Shown here: piece after piece, positions 10,721 through 25,250 of the stretch | Position numbering within the stretch: the first letter of the stretch is position 1 | Layout: each line of letters opens with the position of its first letter | Origin: Octopus vulgaris | Lineage: Eukaryota | NCBI GenBank assembly: GCA_951406725.2 | Contig: OX597816.1 | Span: 98,828,001 to 98,892,000, forward strand | DNA: 64,000 bases | Reading direction: 5' to 3' | Position numbers and translations under genes: made by a program | The notes under the pieces: generated by a model | Told to the model about the DNA's origin: nothing | Databases searched by the model: none | The model's input: the letters and a program-made list of their open reading frames with translations, nothing else

Positions 10721-13469
10721 TTCTATGTATATCGTTTTATTTATTTATATATTTATATATTTATATATATATATTCATGTTATCCATGACCTCCTTTTAA
10801 TTTATATATTTTCTTATTTACCAAATTCCTTCTTCACAACTGACAGCCGTATCCGATTGTCTCCCATTCGACATTAATTATTAATTTTCTATTTTACCTT
10901 ATTTGCTATTTTTTATTTCATATTTCTCTTGAACTGTTTTATTGAAACAGCATTTTATCCACCCGCCTTATTTCTCTGTTAATACTCTCTTGTTTCCTTT
11001 TTTCCTTTGTCACCTTTTGCTCCCTCTATTTCCCTCTTTCCTTTCTTCGCCCCTGTCCTATCCTCTTTTACTTATTCATTTTCTTCAGTAACATTTCCAA
11101 ATCCACCCTCTGCGATCGGTATCTTAGTTATATGCTCTACTTTCATAAAAGAAATCCCTTGCTGATGAGCCTATAGACGATACCAGCAAATAAAAAAAAA
11201 TCTATCTCTAATATAGTTCTGAATATTGCTTTTTTTTCAAAAAACATTTGTTTAGTTTTACCACATCTATGAAACTCATGCTAGACGCGTGTGTATTTGG
11301 CTTAGCTTCTATGAAAATAAGTAGTATTAATTGTCTTATGAAATAAAATCTACATGTGTAGATTATAACAGGGCTTAGTGGGGTGAATTGATCTAAGATA
11401 TCAATATCTACCAGTATTTCAAACTTTCAGTGAGAATATTATGAAACCTCGTGATAGCATTTTGTGAAATAGAATAAAGCAGTAATTAAATTTACTAAAG
11501 CTGATAAACATCCGCGGCTTTACATTTAAAATTTAATGTTAGGATATTCTTAGTTCTGAATAAATAAATACCGTATATAATATATTGTTGGGAAGATTTT
11601 TGTGTAGGGCTAAAAATGGTAGAAAGTTGAACACTGATACATATTATGTTATATTATACACCTCAAGTATATGGCTATTCGTAGTTCAAGGCATCATTAA
11701 ATTAGAACTAAGCAGTCATGTCATAACATACCTTTTCGTTCTACATCGTTGACGCGAGCGTCAGCTGATACGATTTCGTTTTCAAATATGTTGAAAAGCA
11801 GGGTATTCAGCCTTTTAGCTCATTGTTTTAGAGTTCCTTGAGCAGAACTTCGATTACTGTTATTTGACTTTCTTGTATATTTAGACAGCAAACATTATTC
11901 GTATTGTACCTACAATTCCTTACAATGAAAGAAGAAATAGACATCATGTACAATCGTATGTATAGATGACCATTTCTATATATTTGAATTGTATAGTTTG
12001 ATGAATTAACTAATAATTTTCGAAGCAATAAAATCTGGTCAATATTAAGAATTTAGGGAAATAAGTAGTATGGTGTAAATTTTGGTATTTATTTTATAAC
12101 AAAACAAAAGTTCTTATCAGACTGGACACTTATATAGAAGTAATCATCAAATATATTATGTAGCGGGTTGTGGGCAAAGTAGGTGAGTATTAAGATACTT
12201 CTACAGTTAGAAGGCTCGCTGCCAAGAATAAAACTGTAATATAAGACACGAATAGTAATATCTGCAAAAGGAATTTAGCTGTAAGTAGTGTTATCAATAT
12301 GAAGACACCATCAGAAGTTAATTATTTAGCATCGAAGAGCCGTAAGCTGTACTGAAGTGAAATGCTAATACTAATTTTTAATATTCCTGTGACTGAATGG
12401 TATCTGTGGACAATGCCCCTTTAACTTCAGCAACGCAATTATCCCTACTGTCAATACATTCACAAATAAATCAACCGCTTTTCGCTACTCAATACACGAT
12501 CCGTTAAAAGTAGTTTCTAAGTGTCTCTCAAATTATACTCTTCTTAAGAAACAGAAGAACGTATTGAATGAAGATAAATTGTGAAAAAAGCCAATATTGC
12601 CGGATATAATTCCTTTGATCATAGACCTGCTCCAAGTAATCCTCCCTGCCACCAGCAAAAAAGAAATTCATTACTGTTAAAATAGATCATTTCTTTTACC
12701 TCATAATCAAAGTTTCGTTTCCATTTAAGTCTGTGTGAATAACATATTACTACTATCATTCTATCTACCACCACCCCAGTTAAAAATGAGTAAGCTGTGC
12801 GGAAAATGTAATGTTCGTGAAGAAGACATACTGATTTATCAACAATTCAATTCATTGAAATTCATCCTCAACACGAGTACTTCGATTACTTTATCAAATA
12901 CACTTATAAGTAAGTTGGCCTTCCTCACATACCCGCTAAACACTCCTCACATTACACTACAACTTCTTACGAAAGGGAAAACATATGATATAACATAAAA
13001 CTCCATACCTCTGAACAGAGGGAAAATTTGTTTGTCATGACTCTACATGAACATTGTGCATTTGTAAACTACAATTCTCTGAATCATACCTGGGTAAAAT
13101 ATATTTTTAGCACTGGTTTGAAACTTTAAAGATAGGAATTCAGTATTAATGGATTTTGTTGTAGATTACTGTCACTAATATTTCATATTTCTACACGTTG
13201 ATTTCACTCCAGAAATTTCAGGACCCAATAAAACAATTCCTTTAAGGATTTTGTTTCTAAAAAAAAAATGTAAATTCGCAATCACCAACCCAGACATATA
13301 CGCTTCCATATTTCAGAATCATCTAAATATATTGGTTTCAAATTTTGGCACGAGGCCACTATTTTCAAGGGGGGAGATAATAGTCGATTACATTGATACC
13401 AGTGATCGACCCCGATAGTATGAAATCAAAGTCAACCTCAGCGGAAGAATCACATATTAAAAAGATTGT

Positions 13470-13505
13470 ATGATGATGATGATGATGATGATAATGATGA
13501 TGATG

Positions 13506-13580
<75 letters not shown>
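13470..13580. repeat. (TGA)n(TAA)n microsatellite
   Basis: Directly visible. Confidence 0.95.
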
Positions 13581-13587
13581 TTTTATA

Positions 13588-14105
13588 GACTTGACAAAAC
13601 AAAAAAATTGGTATGACCACAAACCCGAAGGCATCGTCGAAAATAGAAATGAAAAGATCCTATGGGATTTTATGATTCAGTGCGACCATGAGATAGAGAA
13701 TAGGACGCCAGACATAGTCTTAATTGAGAAAGAAATCAAGCTATGCTGGATCATAGATATAGCATGCCCAGCTGACAACAAGGTATGCGATAAGGAAGAA
13801 AGAAAAGTTGAGAGATATGACATGTTAGCGTAGGAAGATAAGCAGTTGTGGTCGATGAAAAAGGTGGCAGCAGTACCAATAATTGTCAGAGCCTTGGGAA
13901 CCGTGAGCAAAAATCTCGAGAAGTACGTGGAACAAATAGGGCTGCAATAAGGGTGGAGCACTTGCCGAAAACAGCACTGCCTAGAATCACTCGAATACTC
14001 CGGAAGGTGCTCGAAAAATAAGAGGTGTTACTTTAGTTCACTGGTAGTGAACTGCTGACACTGTAGTACATCTCCAGCGTTAGAAGCTGTGCAAAGGCAA
14101 TGGTG
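13588..14105 (+). mobile_element. 5'-truncated R4/Dong-like LINE 3' end (restriction-like endonuclease domain)
   Basis: ORF 13591..13833: WYDHKPEGIVEN..KILWDFMIQCDHEIENRTPDIVLIEK...IIDIACP (PD..D endonuclease motif). It continues past a stop into VPIIVRALGTV and is flanked by (TAA)n on both sides. Confidence 0.9.
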
Positions 14106-14326
14106 ATAATAATAATCATGGTAATAATAATAATAATAATAACAACAGCGAAAAATTACTTAGGAATGAGAACCCAGGTTCGAAATTTCCCCAAGGCACC
14201 TGATGAAGGCTGGAGGGTATAACAGCCGAATCCGAGAGTTAATAATAAACAAGAGTAGGATAAATATCCGTCACGTAAATAATGTAAATGATGTACATAA
14301 TTCCTCATCTCTTAAATATAAAACTG
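14106..14326 (+). mobile_element. (AAT)n + HHR-bearing short repeat (same family as 43359-43920)
   Basis: Shares ttaggaatgagaacccaggttcgaaatttccccaag...cctgatgaaggctgg...cagccgaa and the end cctcatctcttaaatata with the 43-kb copies. HHR at 14195-14240 is degenerate after GAA. Confidence 0.85.
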
Positions 14327-15642
14327 TATAATCAATAAACAATTGCATGATAAGCAATTTGGCAATTGTAACACTTTTCAATCCGTAGCCTTCATAAGTA
14401 TTATATCAAGACATAGTCGTCAGAGTTTCTGAGTAAGTTGGAATTTCATAGATTTTACGGAATATTGATAAAAGGCTTTTTCTTAATGACCAGCTGCTGT
14501 ATTACAAGAAAGAAATATTTATAGGTTAAATGTTATTTGTAATAATTTGTAAACACTTGATATATTTTTTTTTTTAAATAAACGCTGTGAAACGTGCGTT
14601 TTTAAATCAAAATACGGAGTAACATGCTTATAAATACCCTGATAAAAACCAACAAGGGAACAGTGCGAAATTTTAAGTAACGAAGTTACATTCTTGTCAC
14701 ATCCATAAGCAGAATTTGGTCATGTTTCAATTTCTTTTTTTCTTTCTGATAAAATCTGGATAATATTTTGAATTACATAATACGACTGTAAATGATATGA
14801 AACATTCCAACTGCGAATAAACACACAATCTACTGTTACAATAATAAAATTATTTGGAATTCTTATGGATACTATTGTATATAAAGATGGGAAGCCCACT
14901 TACAATAAATAATTTCAAATTTAGGTTTAATATACAACCGTGAGTCTATGGATGACGTTTAAGTGAATTTTATGATGTGAAAAGCAATTGATGCAATGTG
15001 ATAAAGTGGTTAATGCGAGGATTTTTAACGAGACCTGCAAGTACTGCTACGATCAATATAAAGAAGAACGTTTTAAACATACGAAAGAAATGCAGACAGA
15101 CGGACAATCACATTCATACATACAAATATACATGTATTCACGCACAAACCAACACACGCACAGCCATTATACACTACAACCATGGTAAAATCACACCCAT
15201 CGACGGGAGGATAACTGCATGCATAATCAGCAGATGTAATCAAAATCAAAGAAAGCCACGCTAATATAGGTGATGGAGTAAGTATTAAAATAATTGAAAA
15301 AATTAGATGAAATAAAATGGATCATTATACACAGTTGTTTACACAATGCCAGTAGATACATATACCAAGATCCTCTGAAATATTCATAGGCTGACCGAGA
15401 AACTCTCATAGATTGTGAACAAATGATATGCAAAGTTTGTTCATTTTACAAGAGATGTCACTACTAGTTTACTTGGAGTCTGGTTTCATCCGACAGATTT
15501 CAGTTTACCTGAACTAAAATAATGTAGCTATTAATTAGAAGTGTTCAAATCACTGCATGCAAGATTTCATATTTGTAGCCTCATTCCTTCACAGAGAGCC
15601 TATGAAATTTTGGGCCCACACCCCTATTCATATATATGTATA

Positions 15643-16486
15643 CGAGGTCTGATCAATAATTATCTGGACTGTTGCCATAGCAACGAAGCTAAAGCACGCA
15701 CGGTAAAGCCGCTAAGTAAATATTTATCTTGACCTCTGCTGTGCATACGCAGTACGTTTTAACGTTCAGGCTCTCTTTCGCTGTTTACAGCATTGCCTGG
15801 GAGGAACGTGTGTAAGGTGTGATGGTCGCATTGATCATGACACAGAAAGTTGTCATGACGACACCTGATCAGAGGTCAACGCAATGATATGGAAAGTTTA
15901 TGGAAAGGAGTGTATGAGCGATTTAGACGTTTCCAACATGGCGGCCCAGGGACGAACGTTCTGGGAGACCTGCAACCAGCAGAACTGAGAAAAAACATCA
16001 CACATACGAGTGTAGATGTGAGGGGAAATCATCGAATCACCATCCGTAAGTTATCAGAGGATGTGCAGATTATTTACGGTTCAGTCCATGATCACTGAAG
16101 ATTTTCGTATGAGACGCCTGTCTGCCAAAATTGCTTTCAGCAAAAAGACCAAAAAGACACTCGATTTCAGTTGCACAAGATCTTGATTTTGTCGAGAAAG
16201 ATTAAAACTTCGTGAAAACTTTGCGTAGGCCTCTGACCAAGTATCGCCAAGCTTTTGGTAAATTTGATGCAGATTCTCTATTGAACATTCTCTGTTACTT
16301 TCAGTGCGACGATCACACGCTACACACCTTCCTTCCAAGCACTGCTGTAAACATGAAAAGTGAGTTAGCACGTTAAAACTTAGTGCGCAAGCACGGCAAT
16401 TTTTAAGGTCAATCTGACCCAAACCGCTTCACTTTGTGTGCTTTAGCTTCATTTCTATGGCAACAGTATCAATACTTATTGAACAG

Positions 16487-16492
<6 letters not shown>
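15643..16492 (+). mobile_element. Mariner-family internal-deletion derivative with long imperfect TIRs
   Basis: TA-flanked ends cgaggtctgatcaataa / ttattgaacagacaaca; ~180-bp subterminal inverted similarity; internal HTH relic HRITIRKLSEDVQIIYGSVH. Confidence 0.85.
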
Positions 16493-16565
<73 letters not shown>

Positions 16566-16624
16566 GCATGTATTCATATATACACATACACGAACACCCA
16601 CATTTTTTTATGTTTTATCTTTTA

Positions 16625-17030
16625 TTCAGTACTTCTTTCAGCCATTGGCTGGTGTCCATGGTGGCCGCAACAAGTTTTAGGAATAGACCCCAGTCCTTGT
16701 TTAGCTTTAAGCCTGGTACGTCTTCTATAGGTCTCTTTTGCACTGCTGCTACTTTACGTGAATTGAAACATACCACCACAGGTGGTTGGGAACAAAGACA
16801 CACACACAGAGATATACGCACTCACACACTCACTCACGCGGGCGCCCACACACACACACACACAAACAAACACATATGATGTACTTAATGAGTTTTCTTC
16901 TACAAAATTCATTCACAAGTCTTTGGTGAACCTTGAGTTATAGCAGAAGACACTTGCCGAAGATGCCACCCATTGGAACAGTACACGGAACCATAAAGTT
17001 GGTAAGTACACTTCTTACCATAGAGCCACA
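16625..17030 (-). mobile_element. SINE family 2, degraded copy
   Basis: Reverse-complement similarity to 8829-9241, including the internal (CA)n. Confidence 0.8.
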
Positions 17031-18125
17031 CACGTAGAAATTAGATATACGTGTATAGGTGTGTGATACTATTTTGCATATGTCTATGGCACTTATGTGT
17101 TCTTGTGTATTCTTGCCAACAACTATTACCACAGCCACGTCTATACATAGCAACTTATACATCTGCACTAGTTTTAATCCAGCACCTGTGGAGTCGCAAC
17201 TAATTTATCCACATTAACAAACCTAACACAATTGGTATAGGCCTACCTTGTTCTTGTATTCATATACATATGCTTTCCTATTCGGGTTTTATGTATAACC
17301 ATACGATTCATCGCTTTATGTTCCTATGGAGACGTTGAACGAATCAAACTATATTTTGAGGGGCAGAAAATATTAAGCTTTGATTTTCTTTAATACTTGT
17401 GTTTGTAATTAAAGTTTGTCGCCGCACATAATTGCAATCGTCATAAAAGTAGACAGAAGCATGTTATCGTAAACGAACCCATCTCTTTCTAAACCTATAA
17501 CGGTGAAGTCACGGATTTTAAAAGAGAAATGTTTCATCTACGTTTGGACAACATTATTCCGTTTTAGTAGGAATACTGGAAAACGAAATATATAAAATCT
17601 TAGATAATCGGATTTTTGTGCTACACAGTTCACACTTATGCAACAATTCACAATATGGAAAAACAACAACAATGTTCATATCTATATCGCGAGAATACAA
17701 TAAATGTTGAATAATCCTTCTTGATCATATCATTCGATGCATTGTTTTGTTTACAACAAAAATATTGCAGGAAAAAAATCATTGACATATTCTTATCAAA
17801 ACATAACATTTTGCAGAAACCAAGCTTCTAGATAAGATTAGACCTGCTCATCATTTCTAATTTAAGAATCCACATGAATACTGATCAACTATGTAGCGCC
17901 ATATTGTTAGACGCAATATATCGGTTTGAAAATGGAAGTTATAATAATATTAACGCACGTTCTTGGCATATTATATATTAATTTATACATATCAAATTTC
18001 TTGGATATCTATAGAAGTATATTTCATAATACTATGTGCAATATATACACGCTGAAAATATGGCACATCAGTTCTGACGCAGTGTGAAGCCGTGCACAAA
18101 TGGCCTGCAGTAATTTCAAGACTGT

Positions 18126-19260
18126 ATAGGATCTGATCAATAAGTATCCTGATTGTTGTATTAATAATGAAGCTAAAGCATGCAGAGTGAAGCCGCTTGG
18201 CTCAGATTGACCAGGAACACAGCAGCTGGGCATATACACTGACGTAACGTTCAAGCTCGATTCCGCTGTATACAGCAGTGCTTGGAAGAAACGTCTGTAG
18301 CGTGTAATCGTCGCATTGTTCATGACAAACGTTTTAACGTTCAAGCTCTCTTTTGCTGTTTACAGCACTGCTTGAGAGGAACGTGTGTAAGGTGTGATGG
18401 TCGCATTGATCATGACACAGAAAGTTGTCATGACGACACCTGATCAGAGGTCAACGCAAAGTTATCGAAAGTTTATGGAAAGGAGTGTATGAGTGTATGA
18501 GTCGCAAACAAGTTTACTAGCGATTTAGACGTTTCCAACATGGTGGCCCTGGGACGAACGTTCTGGGAGACCTGCAACCAGCAGAACTGAGAAAAAAACA
18601 TCACACATACGAGTGTAGCTGTGAGGGAAAATCATCGAGTCACCATCCGTGAGTTATCAGAGGATGTGCAGATTATTTACGGTTCAGTCCATGATCACTG
18701 AAGATTTTCGTATGAGACGCCTGTCAGCCAAAATTGCTTTCAGCTGACCAAAAAGTTTTCATGGCGATACCTGCTCAAAGGCCTATGCAAAGTTGCAGAA
18801 TGTGTATGGAGCGGAGTGTATACGCCGCACACAAGTGTATAGGTAGTTCAGACGTTTCAAGATATTCGAAAAAATATCGATATTGACGAACTTTCTGGGA
18901 GACCTTCAAACAGCAGAACTGAGAAAACATCACATACATGCGTGTAACTGTGAGCGAAATCGTCGAATCACCTTCCGTGAGTTATCAGAGGATGTGCAGA
19001 TTAGTTACAGTTCAGTTCAGTCCATTATTACTGAAGATTTTCATATGAGGTGCGTGTCTGCCAAGTTTGTGCTAAAACAGCTTTCAACTGACAAAAAGAC
19101 ACTCGGGTTTCAGTTGCACATGATCGCCTTGATTCTGTCGAGAAGATTAAAGCTTCTTGGAAACTTTGCGTAGGCCCCTGAGCAGGAATCACCAAGCTTT
19201 GGTAAAATTTCATCAGATTCTCTTCTCAGCTGTCTCTTTTATTGTCAATGTGACGATAAC
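18126..19260 (+). mobile_element. Mariner derivative with internal duplications (same family as 15643-16492)
   Basis: Left end resembles 15643. The transposase N-terminal block occurs twice (~18430-18755 and ~18757-19250). ORF 18883..19173 reads RRITFRELSEDVQISYSSVQSIITEDFHMRCVSAKFVLKQL. Confidence 0.85.
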
Positions 19261-19289
19261 ATGTGTGTATGTATATATATATATATTGT

Positions 19290-19532
19290 ATTTGTTTCAT
19301 TCATTTTACTGCGGTCATGCTGGAGCACCGCCTTCAGTCGAACAGATCGATCCCAGGATTTATTCTTTGCAAGATTAGTACTATTCTATCGGTCACCTTT
19401 TCCGGGCCGCTAAGTTACGGGGATGTAAACGCACCAACATCGGTTGTCAAGCGATGGTGGTGTGACAAGTAGAGACACAGAAACATGTACATACATACAT
19501 ACATACATACATACATTCATACATACATACAT

Positions 19533-19576
<44 letters not shown>

Positions 19577-19620
19577 GACAGGCTTCTTTCAGTTTCCGTC
19601 TACCAAATCCACTCACATAC
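19290..19620 (-). mobile_element. SINE family 2, 5'-truncated
   Basis: Reverse-complement similarity to 8950-9235. Confidence 0.8.
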
Positions 19621-21942
19621 ATGGGCATGCACGCGCAATGATTCCCATACAGTTGAATACACACGTGAAATGAATTACCTTTTCACATTTCTCACAGACA
19701 TATGTACCCCACCTACACATACATAGGTACAACCCATTGCCCTACCAACTCACATCTAAACACATAAACAGTGAAGCACTCACAATGCAATATGACAAAT
19801 ATGTATATGTAACAGACATATTCATACAACATACATGCACACTAACATATACATAAATAGACTAAGCACAAACATACACACACAGACACGCTGAAACTTA
19901 CGTAAATATATATAGAAACATGCATGCACACAATCATACACCGAGTACATTATGTCGAATATACTTCGGCATCTACAAGCAAGATGCATGTGCACTTGCA
20001 CAAATTGACATTTACATACTCGAAGCATAAGCATAAACAGATTTACTCATGATTTTGTATGAAACACATGAAGACAATTATTTCTCCTGACCTCTCAGGA
20101 GAACATAGATACATACACAGCAACACGTACTCTAATTCTCCAGTCCTAAGTCCAGTAATTTCAGAGTCCAACTTCCAGTCTGTTAACGGATAGCCACGAC
20201 GAAGCTGCTTTTACCAAGATTACTCTTTCTTATTTTTACTCCCTACTCTATTTTCCTACTATCTTCTGACCTTTCTTTTCTCTTTTCTTTACTATTCAAA
20301 CAAAGAATATAATTGAAGCCTTAAAGCACTCCCTTGAGCGCTAAACTTATACTATTCCTTTTAAAATAATCCCATCTCGATTTTTCTCTACTCCTTTAAC
20401 TTACCTCCCCGTGTACACACATGCGCACACATATATACACATACATTAAAAGGAGACGTAGACACACACACACATATACATACATGCATACATACATACA
20501 TACATACATACATGCATACATACATACAAATATGTGTATATATATATATGTGTGTGTGTGTGTGTATGTATGTATGCATGTACATATACAGGTATTTGCA
20601 TGCATGTACGTATGTACATACCTATGAATAGTGAATGTACAAATCTAAATAATTAATTTATACTGTAGAGAACAAAATGCTTTTAGATATAATTCTACCA
20701 GACATTATATCTCGAAACTAACCCTTAGCCATTGGTCATATGACAATGTTGATATGCTTCGTCACATTTATAAAGCGTTTGAATGCCAGAGACTATAGGC
20801 CAGTATAGAAATGACTGTTCATTTATATCACAACATTCCGTCGGTCTCGTATCATATACGACAAGAAAAATATAAACTTTTCACCTATGATAATATCGGA
20901 ATGGCAATATCAATTATTACTAAAGTGAGTATTGTAATTTACATTATTTTTACCTTGAATAAGCGTAATATATGGAGAAGTCAAACTAAAAACGTTATGT
21001 TTTATATTTATAACTATCAGCTAATGTGCAAAATTTAAATAACATCGGTAGACCGATGTCTACCATATCACCTCATGCATAAAACATGTGCAGAGTTGCA
21101 CTTCCCTAAAGCACTAAATGCTACACTGAAATCAGCATTAAATATAACCTAAAACCATTTTCCATAAATGAAAACAAAAAAAGCATCATCATATTATCTA
21201 GTTTGCAATTTAATCGAACATAATATTCTCCTGAATTCACTAGTTCGACATTTCCCGATTAATCACTCTTGCATCATAATATTTAGCTAAAACTAAGCTG
21301 CATTTATTGCACGAGTATTAAATTTTGAGTTACAATAAATGTAAGAAATGTAACTGAGATAAACTACGTATTTGGTTATGAATAAATTGTAAATCATTAA
21401 AGACTGAATTATTTTTTCTGATGTAGTAGTTTTCTACAAAATATCAAACCAAGACAACGTGATTGTATATTATAGCGGTTTGGAGAACTTTAAAGTGAAA
21501 TGAAGATACGTCAAATGTAATTTACATTCAGGCCTTAACTAGAACGTAAATATATCCACTTACGACTGGAATGTAAGCAAACACGCTAATGTAGTTCCCA
21601 TAAAATAGTAGCTCATCGAAAATCACAAACTATACACAAAACATTAACAAGCGTAATTATGAGCAAGCGTAATTATGCAGAGGAAAGAATGCACATTCAT
21701 TAAGAAATATCATTTTGAGATGACATTTATTTAGTGAGTGCGAACAATATTTACTGACATCTTCGAAAGATGCTCTAGCACCAGCCTGATTTTTTTTTTT
21801 TACCTTTGCATATGTTCCTTCTGTGTATACCGTGTATGCTTTTTTAAAATTATTATTTCCTTATATGTAAATTCCCACACTTTGTGCATGTCTCTGTATT
21901 GTCCCCCTCATCCATCATCCTTGTGACAAATAAATGAAATCA

Positions 21943-21979
21943 TTATTATTATGATTATTATTATTATTATTATTATTAT

Positions 21980-22013
<34 letters not shown>

Positions 22014-22061
22014 GCTGCTGCTGCTACTACTACTACTACTACTACTACTACCATTATTATT
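21943..22061. repeat. (ATT)n(ACT)n(GCT)n compound microsatellite
   Basis: Directly visible. Confidence 0.95.
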
Positions 22062-23085
22062 TCATTCATAGAACAACCACCATAGTTTGCCGCGGCTCGA
22101 AGGTGTTTTAGTCGATTAGAGTGAAAATACTACATATTTTTAATGATCTTGTTTTATGTGTTACGCGAAAGGAAAGAATGCAAAGGTAATCTAGCATAAA
22201 TACAGACAATGAATGCGAATTGAAATATCAAGGGAATATAAGATCTCTACATTGGCTCTCAACTTCCATGCCGGTAGGCCTCTCCCGTAGATTAGATTGC
22301 GTTTACATCTGTGAGCGTGTGTACATTGATATCTGTGTGTCTGTATTTATGAATTGTACAATAAGTGTGCTTACTGGTGGTTTACATGTAAAACAATAAC
22401 CCATAATGTCTATAAACTACGCCCCATGCCATTCTCATTTAATGTTAATAACAGATTTGCTGAGAAATTTTACATAAAGATTTATCATATTGATTTCCCA
22501 TTCGAAAAGGAAGTTTTACTTACAAATTTTGCCTGATTTCCCATTCTGAATACCATTAGTAAATAAACAAACAACCTATGTTTATGGATATATGTAAATG
22601 TAATGCTTGTGAGTATCTGTTATTGCATGTTGAATTTTTTAGATAGTTAATTCATTATTGTTGTCGTTTCATGTCATGGTAGTTCTTGTAAAAACCTTTG
22701 TGATTATCGGTATTGTAAATAAATTCTTGAATATCAATACGTTCTTCTAAAGATGGTGTTATTTTGAATATATCGGATATGATGGCCACTTATTTTTCTA
22801 AATAGAAAAGAGCAACAGACTTAAAGAAGAAATATTTTTACTAGACAATAACAAACAGCAAGATATGTCTGAGCGTAAGCTGGAAAATTGCCACGTATAC
22901 ACATGTCGATATGTGTGCGTGAGTGTATGTGTACGGTGCGTGCGTGTTTGTGTGTGTAGACACATATATACATATATGCAAATGTTTGTTTTTTTATGTT
23001 CAGCCATAATAAAAACAATTTATATTAATTTTATGGGTTGTTCTATAATTTTGTAGAGTATAACTTTATTATTCTTCAAGAAGAA

Positions 23086-23128
23086 CAGTGACTTCGAAGT
23101 TTCGGTCAGTGAAGCCATTGTCGAACTA
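23086..23128 (-). ncRNA. Degenerate type I hammerhead motif downstream of the PLE ORF
   Basis: UAGU-UCGACAA-UGG..CC-GAA-ACUUCGAAGU-C-ACUG: 10-nt palindromic stem III and GUC triplet; core variant, stem II weak. Confidence 0.55.
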
Positions 23129-24139
23129 CGATGCATTGAATTTAATCTTGGCTTTATACAGTCTCTGTTGAGTTACAATCTTCCTTCGTTATGTGGCTTT
23201 AAGTAGATTGGTAGTTAGGTTTCTGGGTTGGTTGGTACGGAGAGTTGTTTTGAAGAAATCTGTGTTAATTTCATCTCGGGTTATTTTCTCCCAAATGAGA
23301 ACAAATATAAAGAATAATACACTTATATTACTCTTTAGAATTTATTCATGTATATACAATTTTTCTATCTGGTAAAATTATTATTTTATGTCACGTTTAG
23401 TAGGTACCTATACGATATCCCATAAATTATGCTATTTTCAGTTTTGTTAGATTTAATCCTTTGCATTGACAATGTAATGGTCAGAGGTTGCCGTTGAGTC
23501 CAGTAAGTAAGAACTTAGAAATACGATGTGTGAACATTTTTGTCATGGATTTTTTTAGGGGTTTACAAAACGATGTAAGCAGGTGGACTGTTTTAGCTGG
23601 TCAGTTTATCTTGTGGTTTGATGCGTACAAGTGGATGTGTGTAGGTGTGAAATTTATTGGTCAGTATGTTTTTCTCTATGTGTTCATTAATTTATAAGCA
23701 ATTTTATTAATATGTAGAGATGTTAACCCTTTAGTTATATATAAGTAACGTTTTAAAGATGTGTTTTTATAAATATTTCTTCAATTTTGTTTTACATATG
23801 GATATATGCGAACCTTTTGTGTGTGTGTGTGTGTGTATTCATATATTAAAATGAAAATGAAGAGAATTTTACTTAACAAAACGATGTAAAGAATAAAAAG
23901 ATAATTTTTTTTAAATAGGAAAATAAAAAAATTAAAGCATCTTCCAAATTGTTTCCATAAAAAAATATATATTTGTGTGTTTGTGTATGTCAGCTTGTGT
24001 GCCAAGATGAAAACATTGTGGGGATTTTGCTTGGAGATAGAGAATCTTTTGAGTATTTGTAAAAGTATGTAAAAGTTGTAAAAGTGTTTGTATGTATATT
24101 ATGGGAATAGTGTATGGTGTGGGTGGAGGAGGGATGATA

Positions 24140-25000
24140 ACATATTTACATATTTAGCCATTACAAAGCGTTATTGTTTGGAAATGTTTTAGTATTTTTA
24201 TGATTTTTATGATTTTCCTCTACATCAAAGGACTCAAAAAGAGTTTCCGGTCAGTATTTGGTCTGTGCGTTTGAGAATGTGCTAGAATTTATTAGTACGA
24301 GTTGGCAGGATCTACTGTTCCTTCGGTATGATTGTGCGTGTTAGAGTATATTCTAGGTGGAGTATTTTCCATTTTAATATCATATTTTCAGATAATGCCA
24401 TATCATTTTTCCTGTTTGGGTTACGAAAATAAGCTTGTGTGGTTGTATCATATCTCGAACTGGTTGCTCTAAATCCTGTATACAGTTGACTCAAATTCGT
24501 GGTTATTTTTGCTTTATGCGATATTTCTTGAGAGACAATTTTCTTTTAGAGAGAATGTTCTACATTTGCAATTATTATTATGTGTGTGGTGTAGGCTCTC
24601 ACTTTTAGACAATCGTTAGTTGCAATTTTTTTTAAGCTGTTCGCAATGGCATATGACAATTTTATATATGCGTGTTAACTAGTTTGTAGTACTTGTGATT
24701 GCGGTAGAAGTGTTTTTGCAGTATTTTCAAAAGCAGTTTATATACTTTTCACGAGACTACTATGTTGAAAGGGGGTTTAACCAGATGATTTTCCTTGTTG
24801 TATTCTCACGCATTGTATTTAATGGGGAAGAGCGGTTCTTTACATATTTTGCCTTTCATTTGTAACCGCTGTTATACGTAGTTGCTACATTGGTTGGCTG
24901 AACAGTTCATAAGCTGATTTCGAAGGAGTAATGGTACTTATTAATAACTGCATTGTTTCCAAATTGAGTGACTTGACATTTGGTGCATGACAGAGTTTGA
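24140..25000 (-). mobile_element. Penelope-like element ORF relic (linker + GIY-YIG endonuclease)
   Basis: Frameshifted translation RKIIWLNP/PFN...LLKILQKHFYRNHKYYKLVNTH, then CKCRTFSLKENCLSRNI, SQLYTGF and FRNPNRKNDMALS...ILKWKIL. These match the IIWFNPP / CNCR..CPL.G.CL / YIG pattern of GIY-YIG PLEs. The element probably extends left to ~22560. Confidence 0.8.
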
Positions 25001-25034
25001 TGCAGCTGCCCTCATCTGCACCTCCTGCCGTGAA

Positions 25035-25087
<53 letters not shown>

Positions 25088-25099
25088 CATATATATATA

Positions 25100-25250
25100 T
25101 ACAACCGGTTTCTTTCAGTTTCTGTCTACAAAATCCACTCACATGGTTTTGTTTGGATCGGGGCATTTGCTCAAAGTGCCAGGCAGTGGGACCGAACCCG
25201 GAACCATGTTGTTGGTAAGGAAGCTATTTACCACACAACCACTTCTGCGG
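25100..25250 (-). mobile_element. SINE family 2, 5' half
   Basis: Reverse complement of the head at 8829-8990. Confidence 0.8.

Noticed and set aside
11159-11189. HHR-like UUG-CUGAUGA-GCC-UAUA-GAC-GAUA-CCAG-CAA
   Set aside because: Stem II mismatch, GAUA instead of GAAA and no UH site; may be a decayed HHR but not supportable.
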